In this document: positions 14,902 to 22,257 of the stretch, piece by piece
Numbering within the stretch: position 1 is the stretch's first letter
Layout of the letters: the number at the start of each line of letters is the position of its first letter
Origin: a virus
Direction: 5' to 3' (one strand)
Virus record (IMG/VR): IMGVR_UViG_3300030419_005136
Span: 1 to 39,492 of that record
Length of the DNA stretch: 39,492 bases
The notes under the pieces: model-generated
What the model saw: the letters and a program-made list of their open reading frames with translations, nothing else
What the model was told of the DNA's origin: nothing
The model's database searches: none
Made by a program: the position numbers and the translations under genes

Positions 14902-15048
14902 TTACCACTCGATGCGCCCCAAAGCGGGCGATAACGCTTGTTCTTGCTGCCTTCTTGGTAGTGCTGGCAGGCACCACCATAGAAAACGTCTTAGGCTTCC
15001 TGCCTTCCAAAACGGTCACGCGGAATACACGGTTAACCGCTTTGGAAG

Positions 15049-15474
15049 TCACAGCCCTAGCACCTGCTCAACATGCAAACGGGCCTTAGCCAACCGCCGC
15101 TTGTACGTTCTCACCCCCATTTCTAACGCGTGGGCCTTCTGCAGCTGCCCTATATTGCGGTGGTCATAGCCACGCAGCTTGCGGCGGCTCACCACCCGCG
15201 CCACGCCCGCGTTGTACTCCAGGCGCAGCACGTCGGCGGTCAACAGATCCTCACGCGCCAGCGATACCACCGCATACTCGATGCGCTCTTCGAGCGGGTA
15301 CGACTCCGCACCCATGGGCGGGGCGCCGCCAGCGGTCGAACGGCTCACCACCCCGCCGTTATCGATCAACACGCCCAGCAGCGACGTACCCAGCGCAGCA
15401 CCGCCGCCCTGCAGGCACCAGCGCGCCCAGCGCTCTAACAGATCATCCAGATCATTTGCTGCCCGACGCCCCAC
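15049..15474 (-). CDS. Q-like late antiterminator
   Basis: GTG 15474 with a GGAGG SD. The N-terminal LLERWARWCLQGG and the C-terminal region-4-like HTH (GVRTYKRRLAKARLHVEQVL) fit my recollection of the Phage_antitermQ family. It is the last gene of the early-left operon. Confidence 0.55.
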   Translation of the reverse strand: MGRRAANDLDDLLERWARWCLQGGGAALGTSLLGVLIDNGGVVSRSTAGGAPPMGAESYPLEERIEYAVVSLAREDLLTADVLRLEYNAGVARVVSRRKLRGYDHRNIGQLQKAHALEMGVRTYKRRLAKARLHVEQVLGL

Positions 15475-15476
15475 CG

Positions 15477-15809
15477 CTACGCCTCCACAATCGTCAGCGG
15501 GTACAACTCCTCGACCTGCCGCTTTTTGAGCTTATACATATCGGTACGCATGCCCTTCACGTCGATCCACTCCACCGAGCCATCAGCGCGGAACACCACA
15601 AAATCAACGATGTATTTCACCCCACCCGGTAGGGCGATAGGCACTTGCATTAGGAACATCGTCACGCGGTCGGCCTGCTGCTCGCTCAGCAGGTACAGGT
15701 AGTAATTCGCCTCTTTTTTCGAGTCGAACGTATGGCCGTGAATGGTCACTTTCTTGTTGTTGTACTTAGCCGCATTGGGCGCACGGCGGCGCATGTTATG
15801 CCGTTGCAT
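15477..15809 (-). CDS. DUF1064-type protein (putative Holliday-junction resolvase or nuclease)
   Basis: ATG 15809 with a GGGAGG SD. Motifs KYNNKKVTIHGHTFDSKKEANYY ... YIVDFVV ... IDVKG are typical of DUF1064. Confidence 0.6.
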   Translation of the reverse strand: MQRHNMRRRAPNAAKYNNKKVTIHGHTFDSKKEANYYLYLLSEQQADRVTMFLMQVPIALPGGVKYIVDFVVFRADGSVEWIDVKGMRTDMYKLKKRQVEELYPLTIVEA

Positions 15810-16035
15810 GCTGCCTCCCCACCCAGCGGTTAAAATCACTCACTAGTGCCAAATAGGCGCGCCCAGCGTCGAGATTCCCGTCTAGCTCACGGCGGCTAAG
15901 CACCCCACACGCCAGCCGCACCTCTGCCGCCGCCGTGGCGGCATCCGGCACTGCGCGCCCAGTGGTAGCCGTGAGATAGTCACGAAATAGCGGGTTATTG
16001 CACAGCATCGCCGCGCCCTTGGCGTATCGGCTCAC
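15796..16035 (-). CDS. hypothetical early protein
   Basis: GTGA overlap with the upstream gene. 79 aa: MSRYAKGAAMLCNNPLFRDYL... Confidence 0.45.
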   Translation of the reverse strand: MSRYAKGAAMLCNNPLFRDYLTATTGRAVPDAATAAAEVRLACGVLSRRELDGNLDAGRAYLALVSDFNRWVGRQHATA

Positions 16036-16442
16036 GCAACACCCCGCTTAGCCCACAGCTCAGACAGCGCCGCCTCACCATCGATAAAATGGCGGTGGCC
16101 ATCCTTGGTGGCGGTGGCCAGCAGATCCCCGCGCACAATGGGCACCTCGTCGCTGGGCACGCCCTCCACATGCACCACGTGACCGCCCAGTTTACGGATG
16201 CGGTCAGCCTCTACCCGATGCACCACGTGGGCCACCACCAAGCACTCCGCGCCCTTGGCCGGGGTCGCGCTAATCATCCCCTCAAGGCGCTGCATGCGGC
16301 GTGCCACTTCGGCATGAGAGCCAAAGCGCTGCGCGGGCGCATCGGTATAGACCGACACGGTACAAATCTGCGCATCACGCATTGCCCGCGCCACGCGCTC
16401 GCGTGCCGTCGCGTTAGCGCCAGCAATTCCAATCAATAGCAT
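16032..16442 (-). CDS. hypothetical early protein with degenerate P-loop-like N-terminus
   Basis: ATG 16442 overlaps the upstream stop. The product begins MLLIGIAGANATARERV...; no confident family. Confidence 0.4.
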   Translation of the reverse strand: MLLIGIAGANATARERVARAMRDAQICTVSVYTDAPAQRFGSHAEVARRMQRLEGMISATPAKGAECLVVAHVVHRVEADRIRKLGGHVVHVEGVPSDEVPIVRGDLLATATKDGHRHFIDGEAALSELWAKRGVA

Positions 16443-16999
16443 TCGACGGCCTCTCTGAGTCGTTGGGCGCGATGCGCCTGCAAAATGTCGTGCAACACGG
16501 TCACCTTGGCCGCATCGCCCTGACGCAACGCCGCCTCGACTGCCGCGCTCATATCCCCCACGGTCACACGGGAAACGCACCAGCGGGCGAAATAGCGCAG
16601 GTTATCGGGGTGGTTCGCCACGTGGGGCGGGTAAGCCAGATCATTGATAAACCACGCCGCCCACTGCTCGGCGCGGTGATAAAGGGTGTCATCGGTGGGT
16701 GCCTGGGCAGGGTCTGCGCGTTCAAGCGTCGGGCAATGCACCGTGAGTGATTCGCCATCATCCTCGACGATCAACAGCCCCTGCGCTTGGTAAAACGCCA
16801 TAAACTCACGGGCGCTATCGTCGTCGGCCTGCATCAAATCGCCCCACGCCACATAGGTTTTTTGTACCGGCCCGGTAGCGGCGGCTAGGGTTTCCAGCAC
16901 CAGCAAATAGCGGGCATAGCCAATCAACCCATACTCAGCCGCCACGGTGGCCACGCCCTCGCTGTGCGCAAGCCCGGCGGGGTGAACAAACCCACTCAC
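16433..16999 (-). CDS. hypothetical early protein (possibly replisome-organiser N-terminal-like)
   Basis: GTGA overlap with the Cro-like gene. The segment VAAEYGLIGYARYLLVLETLA recalls DUF4373-type domains. This assignment is weak. Confidence 0.35.
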   Translation of the reverse strand: MSGFVHPAGLAHSEGVATVAAEYGLIGYARYLLVLETLAAATGPVQKTYVAWGDLMQADDDSAREFMAFYQAQGLLIVEDDGESLTVHCPTLERADPAQAPTDDTLYHRAEQWAAWFINDLAYPPHVANHPDNLRYFARWCVSRVTVGDMSAAVEAALRQGDAAKVTVLHDILQAHRAQRLREAVECY

Positions 17000-17280
17000 G
17001 CCGCCACCCCGTCGCGCTCAGCCAGCACCGCCGCCCAAGGGCCATAGATGCCGTTATAATCCACCGCGCCAGCGGTCAACCGCACGATGCGCCCAGCGGT
17101 GCGTAAACTCGGGGCACGATCAAAGCGATACCAGCTCATCACCGTACGGGGCTTCTCGCTGAGCAGCGCGCCCGCACAGTCCGGCCCGCCCACTTGATCA
17201 ATCCAATCATTCAGCAACACTTTAGCGCACCATTTAACACGAATTGTGTTAAGCCTAGCGCGAAGATTGCCCACGTACAA
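16996..17280 (-). CDS. Cro/YdaS-like HTH regulator, first gene of the leftward operon
   Basis: It is divergent from the CI-like gene. The HTH-like segment is GGPDCAGALLSEKPRTVMSWYRFDRAPSLRTAGRIVRLTAGAV. The start codon is uncertain (TTG 17280 or an internal GTG). Confidence 0.5.
   Translation of the reverse strand: MYVGNLRARLNTIRVKWCAKVLLNDWIDQVGGPDCAGALLSEKPRTVMSWYRFDRAPSLRTAGRIVRLTAGAVDYNGIYGPWAAVLAERDGVAA
17234..17252. promoter_or_regulatory. operator-like perfect palindrome TTAACAC-gaatt-GTGTTAA
   Basis: 7-bp perfect arms with a 5-bp spacer, at the 5' edge of the Cro-like ORF facing the CI gene. Confidence 0.6.
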
Positions 17281-17298
17281 AGGTTTTTTTATTCCACA

Positions 17299-17317
17299 CT
17301 TACACGCTTTGTGTATT
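17299..17317. promoter_or_regulatory. operator-like palindrome cTTACAC-gcttt-GTGTAtt in the cI/cro divergent region
   Basis: It has the same ACAC-N5-GTGT core, in the 131-bp intergenic region between the divergent regulators. Confidence 0.55.
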
Positions 17318-17411
17318 ACTATTGCCTAAGAGGTAATATTTACCCGAAAATTAATCACCGAAGGCGCACACGGACGGCATCAACGGCGGGATAGATAACG
17401 GGAAGCGGAAA

Positions 17412-18065
17412 ATGTCACAGCAAAGCGACAGACAGGACAAAAAAGAGCTAATCGCACAGCGACTAGTGGAAGTGCGCACCCACTTAGGGTGGTCGATCCG
17501 CGACGCAGTCGAAGCGCTCGGCTACGTGCGCTCTCGTTATACCAACTGGGAGCTAGGCATTCGCATGCCCGGCTATCAAGAATTGGAAGACATCGGCAAC
17601 GTAACTGGCTGCAACCCCGGCTATTTTGTCGGCTGGACAAACCGCATGATCGACAGCAGCTACGTCGTGCTAGACCGCACCACGGTTAAAACCCGTGGCG
17701 GCTCGATCACCGTGCAAAACGCCACCGATGTAGCCGCCTACCGCGACGACTACCTAGCCGAAAAAGGGCTAAAGCCCAGCAGTATTATCACCGTCAAAGC
17801 CGAAGATGACGCCATGGAAGGGGTTATCAGCAAGGGCGATTTAGCGCTAATCGACATGAGCCGCAAGCCCGATGCCGTGCGCGACCTGTTCGCCATCCTC
17901 GTGGGTGATCGTATCTGGCTGCGCTGGATACGCCCGGAAATCAACGGCAGCTACACCATGAGCGCCGAAAACAGCCACCAATACCCGGATGAAACCCTCA
18001 CCACCGAGCAGCTACAACAGCTCAACATCATCGGACGCGTCGCCATCATCGAGCACGAACGCTAA
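17412..18065 (+). CDS. CI-like repressor: XRE HTH + S24 peptidase-like domain lacking the catalytic Ser and Lys
   Basis: The N-terminal HTH is LIAQRLVEVRTHLGWSIRDAVEALGYVRSRYTNWELG. The C-terminal LexA/CI-like fold has DDAM in place of GDSM/GNSM and WLRWI in place of VKRL/FKKL. Confidence 0.75.
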   Translation: MSQQSDRQDKKELIAQRLVEVRTHLGWSIRDAVEALGYVRSRYTNWELGIRMPGYQELEDIGNVTGCNPGYFVGWTNRMIDSSYVVLDRTTVKTRGGSITVQNATDVAAYRDDYLAEKGLKPSSIITVKAEDDAMEGVISKGDLALIDMSRKPDAVRDLFAILVGDRIWLRWIRPEINGSYTMSAENSHQYPDETLTTEQLQQLNIIGRVAIIEHER

Positions 18066-18098
18066 CCCCCGCCCAGCGGAAAAACACCCCACTCCTAG

Positions 18099-18126
18099 AA
18101 CGGCACCTACAAAGTGCCGTTTTTTG
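18099..18126 (+). terminator. intrinsic terminator after the CI-like gene
   Basis: AACGGCAC-ctacaaa-GTGCCGTT followed by a T-run. Confidence 0.75.
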
Positions 18127-18135
18127 GCTTGCCGA

Positions 18136-18174
18136 ATAACACAATTAGTGTCACTCTTACACAGACTGTGTAAT
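18136..18174. promoter_or_regulatory. two adjacent operator-like palindromes (aTAACAC-aatta-GTGTCac; cTTACAC-agact-GTGTAAt) ahead of the rightward operon
   Basis: They have the same ACAC-N5-GTGT core as the sites at 17234 and 17299. They lie between the cI terminator and the gene at 18191 and overlap the -10-like TGTAAT. Confidence 0.55.
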
Positions 18175-18190
18175 CAAGAGGGTTTCACTA

Positions 18191-18448
18191 ATGACCACGC
18201 AAGCGCTAGCCACCGTTGCCGCATCGCCCCCCATCGCCTGCACGCCACAAGCGCTGCACCAAGCACTGCGCGAAAGCGTGGCTATCGCCTGCGGCCTCGA
18301 AAAAATGGCCCAATGCGCGCTAGATGAAGGCGAGTACCCAGCGGAAGAACTCGACAACCTTTTTGCTCTCATTAACCGCCACCGCCGCGATTTAGAAGAG
18401 ATCAAGGCCGCGCTGGCCGAACTCGCCACGGGTGGCCGCCATGAATAA
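18191..18448 (+). CDS. hypothetical early protein
   Basis: ATG with an AGAGGG SD. 85 aa, acidic, no recognised motif. Confidence 0.5.
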   Translation: MTTQALATVAASPPIACTPQALHQALRESVAIACGLEKMAQCALDEGEYPAEELDNLFALINRHRRDLEEIKAALAELATGGRHE

Positions 18449-18842
18449 CGCCCTCACATGGCGCGACAACGACGCCCTCGCCCAGCCCGGCCAAGCCCTC
18501 AGCGACCAAGAGCTAGCCCACCTGCTCGCCCTCGCCAACGGCAACGCCCCTAGCGCCATTGCCGCCATGAACGGCACCAGCCGCGCCCAACAGCAGCAAC
18601 TAGAAAGCAGCCTGCGGGCCAAGCTGGGCGCGTTCAGCAAAGCGCACCTCATTACCCGCGCGTTCGTGCTGGGCGTGCTGCTACCTCGCTGCCTCACCGT
18701 GCTACTGATCGTCGCCACACTCGGTAATGGCGCCCAACAAGATGCCATCGCCCAGCGCCTACCCCGCCGCCCCACGCAAACCGCCAGCGCCCGCCTAATG
18801 CGTACTCAGCGGGGCAGTAGCGCAGGGGGTCGCCGCACATGA
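18441..18842 (+). CDS. LuxR/GerE-type HTH protein with hydrophobic C-terminal segment
   Basis: LSDQELAHLLALANGNAPSAIAAMNGTSRAQQQQLESSLRAKLGAFSKAHLITRAFVLGVL resembles the LuxR C-terminal HTH. The start could instead be GTG 18432. Confidence 0.45.
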   Translation: MNNALTWRDNDALAQPGQALSDQELAHLLALANGNAPSAIAAMNGTSRAQQQQLESSLRAKLGAFSKAHLITRAFVLGVLLPRCLTVLLIVATLGNGAQQDAIAQRLPRRPTQTASARLMRTQRGSSAGGRRT

Positions 18843-19141
18843 AACCGCACACCCTCACAGGTCCACGGCGTCGGCACTGCCGCTGTCGCGTCTGTCACGG
18901 GCGGCAGGTCAAGGCCAAACACCCGGACGACTACACCCGCCGCATTCGCTGCAAACACTGCGGGCGGTTCGACACCCTGGCGGTCGACAAATGGGCCGAT
19001 AACCGGGGCTGGCGTAAATACACGTGCTATTGCGATGGCTACCACTTCCCGCACCGCATCCGCTCAGAATTCTGTTTTGAAAACCCACACTACGGCGACC
19101 ACGAAGAACGCCGGTTAACCGCTTACGGGGTGATGGCATGA
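18839..19141 (+). CDS. Cys/His-rich zinc-binding hypothetical protein
   Basis: ATGA overlap with the upstream gene. Multiple CxxC/CxC pairs (CRCRVCHG, CKHCG, CYCDGYHFPHR). Confidence 0.5.
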   Translation: MKPHTLTGPRRRHCRCRVCHGRQVKAKHPDDYTRRIRCKHCGRFDTLAVDKWADNRGWRKYTCYCDGYHFPHRIRSEFCFENPHYGDHEERRLTAYGVMA

Positions 19142-19653
19142 AAATTATGGCGACCGACCTACCACTAAGCCACTGGCAGCGCATTGCCGAACAAAACGGC
19201 ATTCAGCGCAGAACGTTTCTCTATCGCCTGAAAACCATGGACGCGAAAAAAGCCGCCACCAAGCCGCTCAAAAAAGGTGGCATAAAGCCCAGCGCCCAAA
19301 GCAAGCGCCAAAAAAGCCTAGCCGCCGGGCTAGATGAATGCGCCCTAAGCCGCTACCGCCGCGAACACCCCGAAAGCCAGCTAAGCGACGAAGCCGCCCT
19401 AGCCTTTCTGCAAGCGCGCAAAGCCAAACTGCAAAACACCCTACGCGAACGCGCCCTTGCAGCAGGGCTAAGCCCCCAGCTGGTGTATCACCGCATTAGC
19501 CGCAACTGGCCGCTAGATAAAGCACTCAACACCCCGCCCATGCCCACCAGCCACGCGGCCCGCATCGGCGGCAAAGCCCGCGCCCAGCAAAAGCGCGAAC
19601 GCCGCCAGAAGCGGCTTCAGCAAGCAGCGTTAAAAAACGCTAGCACGCAATAA
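19138..19653 (+). CDS. basic hypothetical protein with two HTH-like repeats
   Basis: ATGA overlap with the upstream gene. The stop codon lies inside the 30-bp repeat at 19628-19657. Confidence 0.5.
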   Translation: MKIMATDLPLSHWQRIAEQNGIQRRTFLYRLKTMDAKKAATKPLKKGGIKPSAQSKRQKSLAAGLDECALSRYRREHPESQLSDEAALAFLQARKAKLQNTLRERALAAGLSPQLVYHRISRNWPLDKALNTPPMPTSHAARIGGKARAQQKRERRQKRLQQAALKNASTQ

Positions 19654-19657
19654 CGCA
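19628..19657 (+). repeat. dispersed 30-bp GCGT/ACGC-box repeat
   Basis: gcgttaaaaaacgctagcacgcaataacgc differs from the copy at 20988 at one position. Confidence 0.75.
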
Positions 19658-19684
19658 AACAAAACCGACACAGGAAGCCCCGCC

Positions 19685-20854
19685 ATGTGGTTTACCAACA
19701 TCACCGTTTACCAGCTCCACAACGCCCAAGCGATCGACAGCATAACGCTGCATGAAACGCTGCAAGCAGAAGCCGCCAAGCCGTTAGGCAATACCGACGC
19801 CAAGCGCCTTGGCTGGACACCCCCAGCAGGTCGCGCCAGCAACGCCTATTTACATGAAAGCCAAGGCCACCGCCTGCTCAGCATGCTCAAACAGCAACGC
19901 ATGCTGCCGCCCAAGGTCGTCAAAGCAGCGGTCGAGGAAAAGGTCGCGGAAGTCGAAGCCAACGAAGGCCGCAAGGTCACGCGCAAAGAAAAAACCGCCT
20001 TCAAAGAACAGATCACCGAGGAGCTGCTACCCCGCGCCTTTATCGATAGCGTCAAAATCGACGCATGGTGGGACGTAGAAAAAAACCGCATCATCATCAA
20101 CAGCGGCAGCCGCGCCCGCTGCGAAGAGCTGTTAGACCTGCTACGCGAAACCCTCGGCAGCCTCAAAGCCACCCCGCTCAGCACCCAAACGCTACCCATC
20201 CGCGCCATGACCACCTGGGTAGGCGACGCCAGTCACCGCCCCGCCAACCTCCAGCTCGGCGACAAAGCCACGCTCAAAGCCAAAGGCGACGACGGTAAAA
20301 TAGCCGCCACGCAAGTGGATCTCGACAGCGACGAAATACAGCAGCTACTCGAAAGCGGGCGCCAAGCCACCAACCTCGCCATTACCATCGACGAACGCGT
20401 GAGCGGCGTACTCACCGACAGCCTGCAGCTAAAAGGGCTGCGCTTTAGCGACAAGCTCATAGAGCAAGCCGACATGACCGAAACAAAGAGCGACGACGGC
20501 GACGACGCCATCGCCCGGCTGGAAAGCGACTTTTTCCTCATGGCCCACGCCCTAAGCGACACGCTGGATAGCCTCGTTCACATGCTGGGCGGTGAAACCG
20601 TACGTGAAGTAGCAGCAGAAAAAGGCACACGCCCCGACGACAGCCACCCCGGCGAACAGATCGGCGGCTTTGAAAAAGAAGAGCCGTTATTGAAAGAGGC
20701 CATCGAGCTAGTGAAGCGCTCCCCGCGTGACAAGCTCACGGTTTCCAAGCTCCAGCGTCATTTCAAAATTGGTTACAACCGCGCCGCATGGATGCAAGCC
20801 TACCTGATCCAAAACGGCCACATCCCCGACCACTACGCGCAGCTAACCCCATGA
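19685..20854 (+). CDS. rdgC: RdgC-like recombination-associated protein fused to an FtsK-gamma-like winged helix
   Basis: The N-terminus MWFTNITVYQL matches E. coli RdgC MLWFKNLMVYRL, with colinear RdgC blocks for about 300 aa. The C-terminus DKLTVSKLQRHFKIGYNRAAWMQAYLIQNGHI matches FtsK gamma [28 protein letters not shown]. Confidence 0.75.
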   Translation: MWFTNITVYQLHNAQAIDSITLHETLQAEAAKPLGNTDAKRLGWTPPAGRASNAYLHESQGHRLLSMLKQQRMLPPKVVKAAVEEKVAEVEANEGRKVTRKEKTAFKEQITEELLPRAFIDSVKIDAWWDVEKNRIIINSGSRARCEELLDLLRETLGSLKATPLSTQTLPIRAMTTWVGDASHRPANLQLGDKATLKAKGDDGKIAATQVDLDSDEIQQLLESGRQATNLAITIDERVSGVLTDSLQLKGLRFSDKLIEQADMTETKSDDGDDAIARLESDFFLMAHALSDTLDSLVHMLGGETVREVAAEKGTRPDDSHPGEQIGGFEKEEPLLKEAIELVKRSPRDKLTVSKLQRHFKIGYNRAAWMQAYLIQNGHIPDHYAQLTP

Positions 20855-21003
20855 ACACCGCCACCCTCTACCGCTGCTACAACCCCAAATGCAACCAGGG
20901 CAACACCCCCGGCTGGATGCTAGGCGCTAACCCCATTTGCCCCAAGTGCGGCCACTGGCTCACGCGCCAGCCCAACGATAACGCCAGCGTTAAAAAACGC
21001 TAG
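20851..21003 (+). CDS. 50-aa zinc-ribbon protein
   Basis: ATGA overlap with rdgC. Two CxxC pairs (CYNPKC ... CPKC). The stop codon (TAG) lies inside the 30-bp repeat. Confidence 0.45.
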   Translation: MNTATLYRCYNPKCNQGNTPGWMLGANPICPKCGHWLTRQPNDNASVKKR

Positions 21004-21017
21004 CACGCTATAACGCA
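20988..21017 (+). repeat. dispersed 30-bp GCGT/ACGC-box repeat
   Basis: gcgttaaaaaacgctagcacgctataacgc. Confidence 0.75.
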
Positions 21018-21036
21018 ACCAACAGGAACCGATGCC

Positions 21037-21168
21037 ATGCCCACCCCGCTAATGCTACTGATCGGGCTAGCCGCTGCCGCCGTCGCCTACGCCGGGTGGC
21101 AGTGCAAGCGCGAAATGGAACAGCTCGACCACAACGGCGACCCCATCGAGAAGGACGAACAGCCATGA
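21037..21168 (+). CDS. 43-aa single-TM peptide
   Basis: Below the ORF-track cutoff. The product is MPTPLMLLIGLAAAAVAYAGWQCKREMEQLDHNGDPIEKDEQP. Its stop overlaps the next ATG (ATGA). Confidence 0.35.
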   Translation: MPTPLMLLIGLAAAAVAYAGWQCKREMEQLDHNGDPIEKDEQP

Positions 21169-21410
21169 TCATCGACCACCGCGCCAAAAACGCCCAGCGC
21201 ATTCCCTGCAAAGAGTTTCGCGGTGAATGCCGCATGTGCCAAAGCGGGTTTATTGCCCGCAGCGGGGTATGCTCGGGCGTCAACCCTGACAGCGCCAGCG
21301 CGCCCGACTGCCTGCGGGACGAAGTGCCAGAACACCTATGCCAGCCCAACGGCCTGCCGCTAGGATGGGGTAAATTCACGCAGGATAGCGCCAGCGAGGC
21401 CCGACAATGA
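21165..21410 (+). CDS. 81-aa Cys-rich hypothetical protein
   Basis: ATGA coupling on both sides. The product begins MIIDHRAKNAQRIPCKEFRGECRMCQSG... Confidence 0.45.
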   Translation: MIIDHRAKNAQRIPCKEFRGECRMCQSGFIARSGVCSGVNPDSASAPDCLRDEVPEHLCQPNGLPLGWGKFTQDSASEARQ

Positions 21411-21991
21411 GAAATTCACCTATTTCAAAGCTGAAAGACCACCAGAGGCCAGCAGACAGCACAGCTCTAAGGGTTGGTTTTTTCAAAGGTGAAAACTTTG
21501 AAGTTGAGTTCACTCACTCTCGGCCCAAGAGACGGATAACGCTAGAAAACCCGCCGCCAAAGCCAAAGATGCCTGCAACCGCCAAAGACTACGCAGGAAT
21601 GCGCAACGGCAGAATGACCGCGTTTTTCTGGTTTAGAGAGTCACCCAGCAAAACCAGCTCAATATGGGTGGTGAAGTGCGACTGCGGCAGATATGAATTC
21701 AGAAAAAAAATAGGACGCTGGATAAAAGGTTATAAAGACGGCAACGACATGTGCGAGATATGCGAGAGAGAAAGAGAAATGCTCACCGGGCGCACATCAA
21801 AAGAAAACGAAGGAAAAAGGCGACTGCGTTTCATTGAAAAAATGCGTACCAAGGGTCTTCAAGACAATGATATAGAAAGGCTAATGCGCTTGGGAGTAGG
21901 TCTTGAAACGGCTAAAACCAAAAGCGAAATTCTAGACGCCATCGACGCTAAAGAAGCTAGCTTGAAAGAATACCAGGAGCGCCAGCATTGA
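21407..21991 (+). CDS. low-G+C hypothetical protein with CDCG...CEIC zinc motif
   Basis: 194 aa. The block YAGMRNGRMTAFFWFRE...IWVVKCDCGRYEFRKK...DMCEICERE resembles a widespread phage GRLTV...W.C.CDCG motif family. G+C is much lower than in the neighbours. Confidence 0.55.
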   Translation: MRNSPISKLKDHQRPADSTALRVGFFKGENFEVEFTHSRPKRRITLENPPPKPKMPATAKDYAGMRNGRMTAFFWFRESPSKTSSIWVVKCDCGRYEFRKKIGRWIKGYKDGNDMCEICEREREMLTGRTSKENEGKRRLRFIEKMRTKGLQDNDIERLMRLGVGLETAKTKSEILDAIDAKEASLKEYQERQH

Positions 21992-22257
21992 CCACAAAAC
22001 TGCATAGCGCTACTCTGCCCGAAGTCGCTGCAAAATCAGCGACCGGGTTTAGCAGCTCAACGGACATTGGCGCACAAGCGCCCCCAATCATCGTGTAGGC
22101 GCTATTTTTGTGCCCGCGTGATGCACTATGGCGGGCCGTGCGTGGGGCGCTTCGGCGCGCCGGGTTTCCAATGTCCCCGGTCTGCTAACCCGCGTACGGT
22201 TCGCCTCCATCGTTTAGCAGCGACAGGCGAACTCCAACAGACTTGGAGAATCGCACC

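Noticed and set aside
14854-15048. Late promoter (pR'-like) immediately downstream of the Q gene
   Set aside because: Two long hairpins and a 30-bp repeat copy are present, but I could not find a convincing -35/-10 pair. The better promoter-plus-terminator arrangement is at 12635-12774. It remains possible but unsupported.
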